Shown: positions 40,711 through 50,071 of the stretch, piece after piece
How positions within the stretch are numbered: the first letter of the stretch is position 1
Layout of the letters: each line of letters starts with the position of its first letter
Source of the DNA: Nitrospiraceae bacterium
GTDB lineage: Bacteria; Nitrospirota; Thermodesulfovibrionia; UBA6902
DNA: 64,000 nt
Reading direction: 5' to 3'
Assembly (NCBI GenBank): GCA_003599025.1
Contig: QZIL01000021.1
Coordinates: 3,965-67,964, forward strand
The notes under the pieces: generated by a model
The model's database searches: none
What the model saw: only the letters and a program-made list of their open reading frames with translations
Told to the model about the DNA's origin: nothing
Translations under genes and position numbers: made by a program

Positions 40711-41991
40711 CTATTTGTTCATCATATCAAGAAAATCCTTGTTGCTCTTTGTCCCCGTAATCTTGTCGAGCAGGAACTCCATGCTTTCGACTGTGCTGAG
40801 GGAATGAAGCACCTTTCTTAATATCCACATCCTCTGAAGCGTGCTCTTGTCAACAAGAAGTTCTTCCTTCCTGGTGCCCGAGGCGTTGATGTTAATGGTC
40901 GGGAATATCCTCTTGTCTACGAGTTTTCTGTCAAGGTGCAGCTCCATATTGCCGGTCCCCTTGAATTCCTCAAAGATAACATCATCCATCCTGCTGCCTG
41001 TATCAATAAGGGCAGTCGCAAGGATCGTCAAACTTCCTCCCTCTTCGATGTTTCTGGCAGCTCCGAAAAATCTCTTCGGCTTCTGGAGCGCGTTGGAATC
41101 AAGTCCGCCTGAAAGCACCTTGCCGCTTGCAGGTATCACTGCATTGTAAGCCCTGGCGAGCCTGGTAATTGAATCCAGAAGGATAACGACGTTTTTCCTG
41201 GTTTCCACGAGTCTCTTGGACCTTTCAATAACCATCTCGGCAACCTGCAGATGCCTCTGAGGGGGTTCATCAAACGTCGAACTTATTATCTCTGCATCCA
41301 CCTGTCTTTTCCAGTCAGTGACTTCTTCAGGTCTTTCATCGATCAGAAGTACGATAAGATGGACTTCCGGATGGTTTTTCTTTATTGCCTTTGCTATGGA
41401 CTGGAGCAGCATGGTCTTACCTGTTCTCGGGGCTGCGACAACCATGCCTCTCTGTCCCATACCTATCGGCGTTACAAGGGACATAACGCGTGTAGAATAA
41501 TCCGACTTGCTGTATTCAAGGTTTATTGCCTGAGTTGGATAATACGGTATGAGGTTGTCAAACAGGGCCCTCTCAATGCTCTCATCAGGCGGCTCATGGT
41601 TAACGGCCTCTACTTTAAGAAGCGCAAAATACCGCTCGCTCTCCTTCGGCGGCCTTATCTGTCCGGTAACAAGGTCCCCTGTACGGAGGTTGAACCTCCT
41701 TATCTGTGACGGGGAGACATATATATCATCCGGCCCCGGCAGATAACTGTAGTTCGGGGAACGGAGAAAACCAAAACCATCCGGTAGAATCTCGAGTACC
41801 CCCTCCCCGAAAATCAGACCGGTCTTTTCAGTCTGGGCCTGGAGAATAGCGAAGATCAGGTCCTGCTTCCTCAGACCTCTCGCACCTTCAACGCTCAGTC
41901 CTTTTGCCATCTTTGTCAGCTCATCGATCGTCTTTTCTTTGAGATCCGTAATATTCATGCTATCTCCTTGATTATTGCTTTTGTTTGCCAT
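40711..41991 (-). CDS. rho: Transcription termination factor Rho
   Basis: [45 protein letters not shown]. The start may be 41958. Confidence 0.98.
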   Translation of the reverse strand: MANKSNNQGDSMNITDLKEKTIDELTKMAKGLSVEGARGLRKQDLIFAILQAQTEKTGLIFGEGVLEILPDGFGFLRSPNYSYLPGPDDIYVSPSQIRRFNLRTGDLVTGQIRPPKESERYFALLKVEAVNHEPPDESIERALFDNLIPYYPTQAINLEYSKSDYSTRVMSLVTPIGMGQRGMVVAAPRTGKTMLLQSIAKAIKKNHPEVHLIVLLIDERPEEVTDWKRQVDAEIISSTFDEPPQRHLQVAEMVIERSKRLVETRKNVVILLDSITRLARAYNAVIPASGKVLSGGLDSNALQKPKRFFGAARNIEEGGSLTILATALIDTGSRMDDVIFEEFKGTGNMELHLDRKLVDKRIFPTININASGTRKEELLVDKSTLQRMWILRKVLHSLSTVESMEFLLDKITGTKSNKDFLDMMNK

Positions 41992-42105
41992 GGGATAATA
42001 CTTCCTCTCTTAGCGGGAATACATTTTCTTGATAAAATCTGCTCTTGGAGGTTTGTAACCTTTCAGCCTCAAACGGGATTGTTAAAAAGAAGATTTGTTA
42101 TCCAA

Positions 42106-42134
42106 ATAGTATAATAGTTTAATTTATTTGTCAA
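42106..42134 (-). promoter_or_regulatory. Sigma70-type promoter for rho
   Basis: TTGACA-17nt-TACTAT on the minus strand. Confidence 0.65.
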
Positions 42135-42265
42135 TACTAAAACCAGCCATTAAAAATATTTATTTTCAGGGTGTAGCCCGGATTCATCAGGGTATTAACG
42201 GCGGCATTTAAGTACAGATATTAAGCTTAATTGCTTTTTTAATACGGTCTCTGCAAAATATTCCC

Positions 42266-42595
42266 ATGCCCGGTCAGACTGACAAGGAAATTGTTATTTT
42301 CATCACAGCGCCGAACGAGGATGAAGCGGCCCGTATCGCCCGCTCCCTTGTCGAAGCCCGCCTCGCTGCCTGCGCGAATATAGTCAGGAACATCCGCTCG
42401 ATATACACCTGGCAGGGAAGCGTCCAGGACGATACCGAAGTCCTCATGGTAGTAAAGACCCGAGAGGTCCTGTTCGAGGCAGTATCGGCCAGGGTCAGAG
42501 AGCTCCACAGCTACGATGTGCCTGAGATCATAGCGCTGCCGATCATAGACGGTTTTCCGGACTATCTTAACTGGCTTAGAGGATCAACTGAATGA
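42266..42595 (+). CDS. cutA: Divalent-cation tolerance protein CutA
   Basis: LAACANI, SIYTWQG, LHSYDVPEI. Confidence 0.93.
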   Translation: MPGQTDKEIVIFITAPNEDEAARIARSLVEARLAACANIVRNIRSIYTWQGSVQDDTEVLMVVKTREVLFEAVSARVRELHSYDVPEIIALPIIDGFPDYLNWLRGSTE

Positions 42596-42613
42596 AACGG
42601 GAGGTCAAATAAC

Positions 42614-43081
42614 ATGGAGGAAAAACTCACCGAAGAATTAGAGGACTCCTTAAAGGGATGGAAAGAAAAGACCCCTCTTGAAAGCAGGGGGTTCCTGACA
42701 TGGGAAAAGGACCTGGTATTTACATCAAGGATACGCGGATATTCATTCGAATATGACCCGGCCGCGCAGGAGGGCTGTTTCCCCACCGACACCCTGCTGA
42801 TGAGCGTGGCCGGCTGCCTGGGGATAGATGTTGTCATGTTTCTTCAGAAAATGCGGGCAGAGATCAGCGAATTTGAGATCGAAACATCAGGTGAGCGAAA
42901 TCCCGTGCCGCCGCAGTATTTCAAGGCGATCAATATGGTTATCAATATTGCCGGGAAGGGTATTACACCAAAAAAAATGGACCGGGCCATTTCACTTTCA
43001 CAGGAAAAGTACTGCTCGGTCTATCATTCACTGCGCAAGGACATTGAATTCAAGGTGAGCTACAAGATCAGTGAGGCTTAG
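42614..43081 (+). CDS. OsmC/YhfA family protein
   Basis: P..LL.SVAGC.G.DV...EKYCSV. Confidence 0.88.
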   Translation: MEEKLTEELEDSLKGWKEKTPLESRGFLTWEKDLVFTSRIRGYSFEYDPAAQEGCFPTDTLLMSVAGCLGIDVVMFLQKMRAEISEFEIETSGERNPVPPQYFKAINMVINIAGKGITPKKMDRAISLSQEKYCSVYHSLRKDIEFKVSYKISEA

Positions 43082-43437
43082 GATACACCGAGTTCTTTTT
43101 TGAGCCAATCTTCGAGTTTCCCTGTAATCGGGTACATACCTGCGATACAGTCCGGGACCTTGCACTTCATTGCAGCCAGCAGCAGCTCTTCCGGGATGTC
43201 AATAATGCAGCCTACGTTCTGGCTCATCATACGCTTCAGCAGCATGATCATGAGCATCGGCTTATCATTTACGAGGTCCACATAGAGCATATAGCCGCTT
43301 GTGATATCAATTAGTTTTCCGGACTCACTGCGCGGGCCGGAGGAAGGGCTCATAAATATTTTTGGAGTTACTTCCCACCTTATGCCCTGAATGAAAGACT
43401 GGTTCTGCTTAACGTCATTAATGCTTATCAGTTTCAC
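43078..43437 (-). CDS. DVU0772-like hypothetical protein
   Basis: IRWEVTP, GYMLYVD, IPEELL, MYPI..LEDWLK. Likely GTG start at 43437; the track start at 43530 overlaps the HIT gene. Confidence 0.6.
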   Translation of the reverse strand: MKLISINDVKQNQSFIQGIRWEVTPKIFMSPSSGPRSESGKLIDITSGYMLYVDLVNDKPMLMIMLLKRMMSQNVGCIIDIPEELLLAAMKCKVPDCIAGMYPITGKLEDWLKKELGVS

Positions 43438-43504
43438 GGGTTTTATTATAATAAAAAAATATTCATTTTGTTTATAATTAAAAAAATCAAAAGGAGTCCA
43501 CAAT

Positions 43505-43846
43505 ATGAACTGCCTGTTCTGCAAAATCATAGCAAAAGAAATTCCTTCAAAAACCGTTTATGAGGATGAAACCGTACTGGCTTTTGAAGACATAACTCCC
43601 CAGGCCCCGGTCCATATTCTGATCATCCCCAAAAAGCACATATCAACAATACTTGAAATAGATAAAGATGACCACGAATTGATAGGGCATATGTTTGAAG
43701 TCGCAAACACACTCGCAAAAGAGAAAAAGGTAGCTGAAAGGGGCTTCAGGCTTGTGATGAACTGCAACCGCGAATCAGGCCAGACCGTCTTTCACATCCA
43801 TCTCCACCTGCTTGCAGGAAGGGCCATGCACTGGCCCCCGGGGTAG
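43505..43846 (+). CDS. hinT: Histidine triad nucleotide-binding protein
   Basis: CLFCKII, GQTVFHIHLHLL, WPPG. Confidence 0.93.
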   Translation: MNCLFCKIIAKEIPSKTVYEDETVLAFEDITPQAPVHILIIPKKHISTILEIDKDDHELIGHMFEVANTLAKEKKVAERGFRLVMNCNRESGQTVFHIHLHLLAGRAMHWPPG

Positions 43847-43850
43847 TCAA

Positions 43851-43947
43851 AGAGATTAAAGAATTAAGATTTATAATTTAAAGTTAGAATTGTACGGGAT
43901 CAATCATCCTGCCTTATATCTAAAATCTAGAATCTTTAATCTTAAAT
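43851..43947. repeat. Degenerate inverted heptamer arrays, intergenic
   Basis: agattaa/agaatta/agattta... and atctaaa/atctaga/atcttta/atcttaa. Confidence 0.5.
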
Positions 43948-43964
43948 AGTGAATTTATATCTCC

Positions 43965-44663
43965 ATGGACAAAAAGACCAAAACATCATACAAGACAGTT
44001 CTTGTAAAAATATACCGGGCACTGTTCAGCCACTTCGGCCCCCAGCACTGGTGGCCGGGTGATACGCCTTTTGAAATAGCAGTGGGCGCTATACTTACCC
44101 AGAACACAAATTGGGGAAATGTAGAGAAGGCCATCAGCAATCTGAAAAAGAGCTGTTCGCTTGACGCAAATGTCCTGCATAAATTGCCTCACGCAAAACT
44201 TGCCTCTCTTATAAAACCTGCCGGGTATTTCAATATAAAGGCAAAAAGACTGAAACACTTCCTTGCATTTTTGACAGATCAGTACAGCGGTGTAATTGAA
44301 TACATGAAAGATGAAGACCTTCATCTTCTCAGGCGGCAGCTGCTTGAGGTGAACGGTATAGGACCCGAGACAGCAGACTCCATTCTGCTCTATGCTCTCG
44401 ATAAACCGACCTTTGTTATTGATGCGTATACAAAGAGGGTGCTGATAAGACACAACATCATGCCGGAAAATGCAACATACCACGAGATGCAGGAGCTTTT
44501 CCACAAAAATCTGCCGTCAGATGTACCCTTATATAATGAATACCATGCACTGCTTGTCATGACAGGCAAACACTACTGTAAACCAGAGCCCAGATGTCAG
44601 GGATGTCCCCTGGAAGGGAAATACTTGTTGCAGGGCAAAGCGCTGCCCTGCCCAGGCAGATAA
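43965..44663 (+). CDS. Endonuclease III-related HhH-GPD protein
   Basis: WWPGDTPFE, ILTQNTNW, GIGPETADS, IDAY, C..C..C. Confidence 0.9.
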   Translation: MDKKTKTSYKTVLVKIYRALFSHFGPQHWWPGDTPFEIAVGAILTQNTNWGNVEKAISNLKKSCSLDANVLHKLPHAKLASLIKPAGYFNIKAKRLKHFLAFLTDQYSGVIEYMKDEDLHLLRRQLLEVNGIGPETADSILLYALDKPTFVIDAYTKRVLIRHNIMPENATYHEMQELFHKNLPSDVPLYNEYHALLVMTGKHYCKPEPRCQGCPLEGKYLLQGKALPCPGR

Positions 44664-44672
44664 TACCAATAT

Positions 44673-45371
44673 ATGGATAACTTGTTAGACATAAAAAAAA
44701 CACATACCAAAGGCAGGAAATTCGGCAGGATGAGCAGGAGGGAGCATGACGCGCTTAGAACCATTCTCCCTATGGTAAAACTCAGCACAGAGACAATGAT
44801 GGACGGGACCGAGGTCTTTGGAAGGGAGGCCCCTCTGTACCTTGAAATAGGGTTCGGCAACGGGGGCTTCCTGCTCGAAAAGGCGGTTACTACCCCTCAA
44901 CACGATTTTATCGGTATAGAAATTTATGTGACCGGGATATCAAAACTGCTGGTTAATCTCGTCAGCACAGACAATCCCGATGCCCTAGCCGTTACCAATG
45001 TGAGGGTATTCAATAAAGACGCTATGAGCGTCCTTATAAATAATATCCCTCCCGGCTCTCTGGATGGAGTTTATATTCTCTTTCCGGACCCGTGGCCCAA
45101 GAAGAAGCATAAGAAGCGGCGGCTCATAAATCCCGAATTGGCGGTCATCCTTTTTTCAAGACTCAAGACTGAGGGTTATGTAGTCGTTGCTACAGACAAG
45201 CAGGATTATGCTGAAGACATAGAGAGAGCTTTCATTTCCTCCGGCTTCAGAGCGGTAATGGAGGGGCCTTCTGAAATAGATAAAACAACTTATGCATTGA
45301 AGGCCTCTAAAGAAAACAGGGAATTGAGGGCATACAGGTTTATTAAGGGCAATTTGAGTCTGCCCGAATAA
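44673..45371 (+). CDS. trmB: tRNA (guanine-N7)-methyltransferase
   Basis: LEIGFGNG, FPDPWPKKKHKKRR, ATD. Confidence 0.92.
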   Translation: MDNLLDIKKTHTKGRKFGRMSRREHDALRTILPMVKLSTETMMDGTEVFGREAPLYLEIGFGNGGFLLEKAVTTPQHDFIGIEIYVTGISKLLVNLVSTDNPDALAVTNVRVFNKDAMSVLINNIPPGSLDGVYILFPDPWPKKKHKKRRLINPELAVILFSRLKTEGYVVVATDKQDYAEDIERAFISSGFRAVMEGPSEIDKTTYALKASKENRELRAYRFIKGNLSLPE

Positions 45372-45484
45372 GTCTGCGTAGTCTCAGCGGGCCTATCTTC
45401 TTGTTTAATAAACAATAATACTGCTTAATATACTGCCTCCTAATATAAATAATGCCACTATTTATATTAATATTAAAATATATC

Positions 45485-45513
45485 TTGACATTGCAATTAA
45501 TACACTGTATTAT
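45485..45513 (+). promoter_or_regulatory. Near-consensus sigma70 promoter for the AT-rich island
   Basis: TTGACA-17nt-TATTAT with an AT-rich region upstream. Confidence 0.7.
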
Positions 45514-45558
45514 TTTCAATAAATAACAAATTATATTTTGATATACAGAGACCGTTTC

Positions 45559-45804
45559 ATGAATCAAAAATCAAAATCAGCAAGTAAAATCGAAGAAAAC
45601 AGACACGAGCGTTTTAAAAGAATCGCTGCTAAAAGGACCAATGAGCTCCTCGAAAAGATCAGGATACTCGGCAATTGCTCCAATAAGAGTTCTTATGAAT
45701 ATACTGAAGAGGAAGTTAATAAAATCTTTAGCGAGATAGATAAACAGTTGCGATTAACTAAGTCGAGGTTTTCGGCGGGGAAGAGGGAGAGGTTTAAGCT
45801 GTGA
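45559..45804 (+). CDS. Small helical hypothetical protein (ERFKRIA..RTN..IRILGN.SN..YEY type)
   Basis: 81 aa from ATG 45559. From recall, similar proteins lead restriction/defence loci; not verified. Confidence 0.75.
   Translation: MNQKSKSASKIEENRHERFKRIAAKRTNELLEKIRILGNCSNKSSYEYTEEEVNKIFSEIDKQLRLTKSRFSAGKRERFKL
45740..45804 (+). repeat. 65-bp direct repeat, copy 1
   Basis: 55/65 identical to 46413-46477 by manual alignment. Confidence 0.85.
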
Positions 45805-45831
45805 AAACAATAAACTTCAGGGGACATTATT

Positions 45832-46386
45832 ATGCAAGTCAAGGAGGGCTCTTATCACATGGAAAAAGGGACATCGATCATACCCATTGAACGGATTGAA
45901 CATTCGATACTTCTGATTCGCGGTGAAAAGGTTATGCTGGATGCTGACCTTGCAGCACTATATGGGGTAACAACAAAACGTCTCAATGAACAGGTAAAGC
46001 GTAACAGAGACCGCTTCCCCGAGGACTTCATGTTCCAGCTAACTGGCAAAGAAAAAGCAGAGGTGGTCGCAAATTGCGACCACCTCAAAGCGCTGAAATT
46101 CTCACCTAATTTACCATATGCCTTTACGGAACATGGGTCGATTATGCTTGCCACTGTATTAAACAGCCCGGCTGCAGTACAGGGAAGCATTCAGGTCGTG
46201 CGTGCCTTTGTCCGGCTGCGCCAGATACTTGCTTCCAACGCTGAGCTTGCACTCAAGCTTAACGCTCTGGAAAATAAATACGACGCACAATTTAAAGTGG
46301 TCTTTGACGCAATCCGTCAGCTTATGACCACACCGGGACAGCATAAAAGAAAAATTGGGTTTTTAAGGGAGAAGGAAAGTAAATGA
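45832..46386 (+). CDS. ORF6N (KilA-N-like) DNA-binding domain protein
   Basis: IRGEKVMLDADLAALYGV, VKRNRDRFPEDFMFQL, PYAFTEHG, RKIGF. Confidence 0.92.
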   Translation: MQVKEGSYHMEKGTSIIPIERIEHSILLIRGEKVMLDADLAALYGVTTKRLNEQVKRNRDRFPEDFMFQLTGKEKAEVVANCDHLKALKFSPNLPYAFTEHGSIMLATVLNSPAAVQGSIQVVRAFVRLRQILASNAELALKLNALENKYDAQFKVVFDAIRQLMTTPGQHKRKIGFLREKESK

Positions 46387-46412
46387 AGCGACCAGGATTT
46401 TCTCTGTAATTT

Positions 46413-46477
46413 ATAAACAGTTGCGATTAACAAAGGCAATGTTTCTGTTGGGGAGGAAGGAGAGGTTTAAGCTGTGA
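46413..46477 (+). repeat. 65-bp direct repeat, copy 2
   Basis: Its terminal GTGA supplies the GTG start of the 223-aa gene. Confidence 0.85.
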
Positions 46478-47145
46478 CAAGATTTCATCAACACTTATAT
46501 TCAGATACAAGCTTAGACGAGTTAGTCACCTATAGCATTCACTCTTTGCTAGAAGAAAGTAAAGAAGCAACTTTCGAGAACATTGTTGCTAAATGTTTTG
46601 AACTATTTCCGGAAAAGTTTTCCCTTATCGGATATCCTCAATGGCCTGATTCTGCAAGAGTAAATAAGTCATGGCTCAGATGTAGAACTGACTTCAAATA
46701 TATAAAAGGGTCTGTCAAGAGCGGATTTGCACTTACTTCAAAAGGACTTGAGATTGTAGAAAAAGTTCAGAAGAAATTAAGGCGACCTGTATCAGAAAAA
46801 ATTGCAGTTTCACAAAAGAAAGCTAAGGAAAGAACTAAAGAGGAACAATTCATTAACGAGTTGGAACGATCCGAAGTTTTCAAGAGATACCTATCTGACC
46901 ATGATAAGACAGAAATCAGCCATTTTGAATTTTGCGATATGCTTTATTGCACACTTGAAAGTTCACCTAAAGCATTAAAGGAAAATTTAGATAAATTAAA
47001 AGGATATGCTCAAAAGTTAAATAGGAATGAAGTATTAAAATTTCTGATTTTTTCTGAAATAAAATTATTCCACTTATTGCAAGGCAAAGCTTCGCAAAAC
47101 GAATATGTCGGAGGCATGAACAAAGGGAAAACAAAGGGGGTATAA
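46474..47145 (+). CDS. Hypothetical protein, possible N-terminal winged helix
   Basis: 223 aa; FENIVAKCFELFPEKFSL.GYPQWPDSARV...FALTSKG (wing-like). Its stop lies 1 nt before the next ATG. Confidence 0.65.
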   Translation: MTRFHQHLYSDTSLDELVTYSIHSLLEESKEATFENIVAKCFELFPEKFSLIGYPQWPDSARVNKSWLRCRTDFKYIKGSVKSGFALTSKGLEIVEKVQKKLRRPVSEKIAVSQKKAKERTKEEQFINELERSEVFKRYLSDHDKTEISHFEFCDMLYCTLESSPKALKENLDKLKGYAQKLNRNEVLKFLIFSEIKLFHLLQGKASQNEYVGGMNKGKTKGV

Positions 47146-47146
47146 C

Positions 47147-49063
47147 ATGTCAGTTGTTCGGAGAGACCTCAAAATAGATAAACGCGTTGTAAAACAGTTA
47201 TCCGAGTCAGCTATAAAAAAAGACCCCGTTCAAGCATTGGTCGAATTAATTACAAATAGCGATGATAGCTACAGGAGACTTGAAAGCCATGGGTTGACAA
47301 CTACGGGTAATATCGTAGTAGAAGTTGTCCGGAAACATAAAAACAGTATATTTAGCTTAATTGACCAAGCTGAAGGATTTGATGACCAAACGATGGATGA
47401 GCGAGTTGGCGGATTTGGAACTAATACAAGTGGTTTAACCAAAGGATTAAATGTGAGAGGTTTCTTTGGGCGTGGACTTAAAGAGGCCATTTTAGGATTA
47501 GGCAATGGCTCAGTCAGTAGTGTTAGAGATGGATATCAATATATCTGTTCTTTAAATGAAGAAGCATTCTACGAAAGAGAAGACGCTGTTAAATTGAATA
47601 AAGAACTTAAAAAGAAGCTTGCAGATGAATTTGGAATAGATAAAAATGGCACAGTAATTACTATCTCTGTTACTAAAGATGGCGTGAATATTCCTCAAAT
47701 CGATAATTTAACTTATCAATTAGCGAGATATTTCAGTTTAAGAGATATAACTTCTTCTAAGAAGAGGTCTGTATATCTCATAGAAAAAGATGAAAAGGGC
47801 CGAAGCAAGAAAAATCCTATAAGATTAGAATACCAGATCCCTTTAGGAAAGGAAGTTCTTAATAAAAAGGGAATATCCCTTGAAAATTATTCATCAGCAG
47901 AAGTTGATTTGCAAATATTCAAAGCAACAGATCTATTGACTCAAGATGGTCCATGTAGAGAAGGCGGAATATTAATAAAAGGTAAAACTGCTATACATGA
48001 TGTGACTTTATTTGGTTATGAAGATAATCCTTACGCTCAAAAAATATTTGGATATGTTAAGTGTAAATATATAGACGAGTTAATGAAAAAAGAAGAGCCT
48101 ATCCTTTCAGATAGAAGGGATGGATTGGATTGGCATCATCCTTTATGTAAGGCTTTGAGGGATGTTGTTACAAAAGAACTTAAACCTATAGTAGACGAAA
48201 TTAAAAGAGAAGAGGAGAGCCAAAAAAAGTTAGTAGAGAATGAAAAAACCAGACAGCGCTTCCTTACCGCAATAGAAAAAATTAATCAAATAGCACTTCA
48301 AGAACTAGGAGCAGAAGGAGAAGGCAGGTCAAAAGAAAAGGAAGGAAAACCGTCAACGCCACCTCCAAATGGATTTGATTTCATACCCGAATATTATCAA
48401 ATTATTGCTGGAAACAGAGCAACTCTTACATTAAAGGTCGTTGTTCCATGGGTAATCCCTTCCGGAAGCATTATAAACGTCGAAACTGACAGCGATGATA
48501 TAAGAATTGAAAATAAAATTTTTACTGTTAAAGAAGAGGAAGCAGTAGATGGAGTCGTTGTATTGAATCCAAAGATTTATGGTAAACGAGTTGGCACTGA
48601 AGCAATTATTACTGCAAGAACAAAAGATTTTAAAGCAGAGGCTCTTATTAAAGTAGTCGCTGCGATAGATAAAAAAAATAAGCACAAAGAGAGGAAGGGC
48701 AAAACAAAAGAAGGCCTTTTTAATGATATAAAATATGATCCCGCATTAGGCCCAAAAGTTAGACATTACTTCGACAAAGAAGCAAGTATTATTAAAATAT
48801 CTAGTAAGCACCCATCTGTTGAAGTATATTTAGGCCCCAATGGTGAGGGGCAAGATGCTTTGCATTGTCAAGTACTTGTAGCGGAATTGGTAACGGACGC
48901 CGTGTGTCGTGAATTAGCAAGAAGAAAAGCTGAGACTGGTAGACTTCCAATCTTAGGTGAATATATGGATGCAGTTAATAGAGAGCATTACAGATTAATA
49001 AATGAATACGCACATATTATTCATCAGTATTTGGTCGCACCGGAAGGTAGAAGAAAGAAATAA
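47147..49063 (+). CDS. GHKL (MORC/MutL-like) ATPase with a beta-rich C-terminal region
   Basis: ALVELITNSDD (motif I), DQAEG (motif II), RGFFGRGLK (motif III), NGTVI (motif IV). Confidence 0.8.
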   Translation: MSVVRRDLKIDKRVVKQLSESAIKKDPVQALVELITNSDDSYRRLESHGLTTTGNIVVEVVRKHKNSIFSLIDQAEGFDDQTMDERVGGFGTNTSGLTKGLNVRGFFGRGLKEAILGLGNGSVSSVRDGYQYICSLNEEAFYEREDAVKLNKELKKKLADEFGIDKNGTVITISVTKDGVNIPQIDNLTYQLARYFSLRDITSSKKRSVYLIEKDEKGRSKKNPIRLEYQIPLGKEVLNKKGISLENYSSAEVDLQIFKATDLLTQDGPCREGGILIKGKTAIHDVTLFGYEDNPYAQKIFGYVKCKYIDELMKKEEPILSDRRDGLDWHHPLCKALRDVVTKELKPIVDEIKREEESQKKLVENEKTRQRFLTAIEKINQIALQELGAEGEGRSKEKEGKPSTPPPNGFDFIPEYYQIIAGNRATLTLKVVVPWVIPSGSIINVETDSDDIRIENKIFTVKEEEAVDGVVVLNPKIYGKRVGTEAIITARTKDFKAEALIKVVAAIDKKNKHKERKGKTKEGLFNDIKYDPALGPKVRHYFDKEASIIKISSKHPSVEVYLGPNGEGQDALHCQVLVAELVTDAVCRELARRKAETGRLPILGEYMDAVNREHYRLINEYAHIIHQYLVAPEGRRKK

Positions 49064-49064
49064 A

Positions 49065-49811
49065 ATGACCAACGACATCTTAGACAAAATCGACTCCCTC
49101 AAATCCTCTCTCGACACCCATCGCCCATTCCCGGACCATGTTGTCAAGCAGCTAAAAGACTATTACCGCATCGGCCTGACATATACGTCCAATGCGATTG
49201 AGGGGAACACTCTCACGGAGTCTGAAACAAAGGTTGTCATAGAAGACGGTATAACTATAGGCGGGAAGTCTTTGAGAGAACATAATGAGGCTATCGGACA
49301 TGCCAAGGCCTACGACCATATTTATTCTCTCCTGAACCGGAACATAACCGAAGAAGATGTTTTAATTCTTCATAAACTCTTTTTTCAGCTGATTGACTCC
49401 GAAGACGCAGGCAAGTACAGAAAGCGCAACGTCATCATTACCGGAACTGATTACCTGCCCCCTCATTATGCTGAAGTGCCTGTGCTAATGAAGCGACATA
49501 TTGAAAACATAAACGGTAAAGCTCAGGACAAACACCCTCTTGAGCAGGTAAGCGACCTTCATGCTGAATTTGAGGCGATTCATCCTTTCACAGACGGCAA
49601 TGGCAGGATCGGAAGACTTTTATCAAGTATAATGACTATGAAGAATGGCTACTGTCCCGTTATCGTGCCTCCCGTAAGAAGGGCGGAATACATAACTGCA
49701 TTGCAAAAAACAAACAAAGGGGATGCATCCTCTCTACGTACGTTTATTCTGAGTATCATTTATGAAGAAATGAAATCATTGCAGAAACTCGTGGAACACT
49801 TGATCAAGTAA
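49065..49811 (+). CDS. Fic family protein
   Basis: Catalytic HPFTDGNGRIGR plus N-terminal SNAIEGN autoinhibitory motif. ATG 49065 lies 1 nt after the GHKL stop. Confidence 0.93.
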   Translation: MTNDILDKIDSLKSSLDTHRPFPDHVVKQLKDYYRIGLTYTSNAIEGNTLTESETKVVIEDGITIGGKSLREHNEAIGHAKAYDHIYSLLNRNITEEDVLILHKLFFQLIDSEDAGKYRKRNVIITGTDYLPPHYAEVPVLMKRHIENINGKAQDKHPLEQVSDLHAEFEAIHPFTDGNGRIGRLLSSIMTMKNGYCPVIVPPVRRAEYITALQKTNKGDASSLRTFILSIIYEEMKSLQKLVEHLIK

Positions 49812-50071
49812 TTACCTGTTATAAATCATGTTGCATTCACTGGCCTTTTACCCGGAAAATACATTTAACGTAATGCAGATGTTGGAAAATAAATTAATTT
49901 TCGATACATTAGACGCAACATTCACTTATCAGAGCGTAAACACTGTAATTCAAAACCATATGCATAATTTATATTTAATACATCGAGTTAATTAATTTGT
50001 TTTTCAATGTCTGCATTATTTAGGTTAAACAATAATGCCTCATAAGGATAGTTTAATTTAGGCAGGAATAA

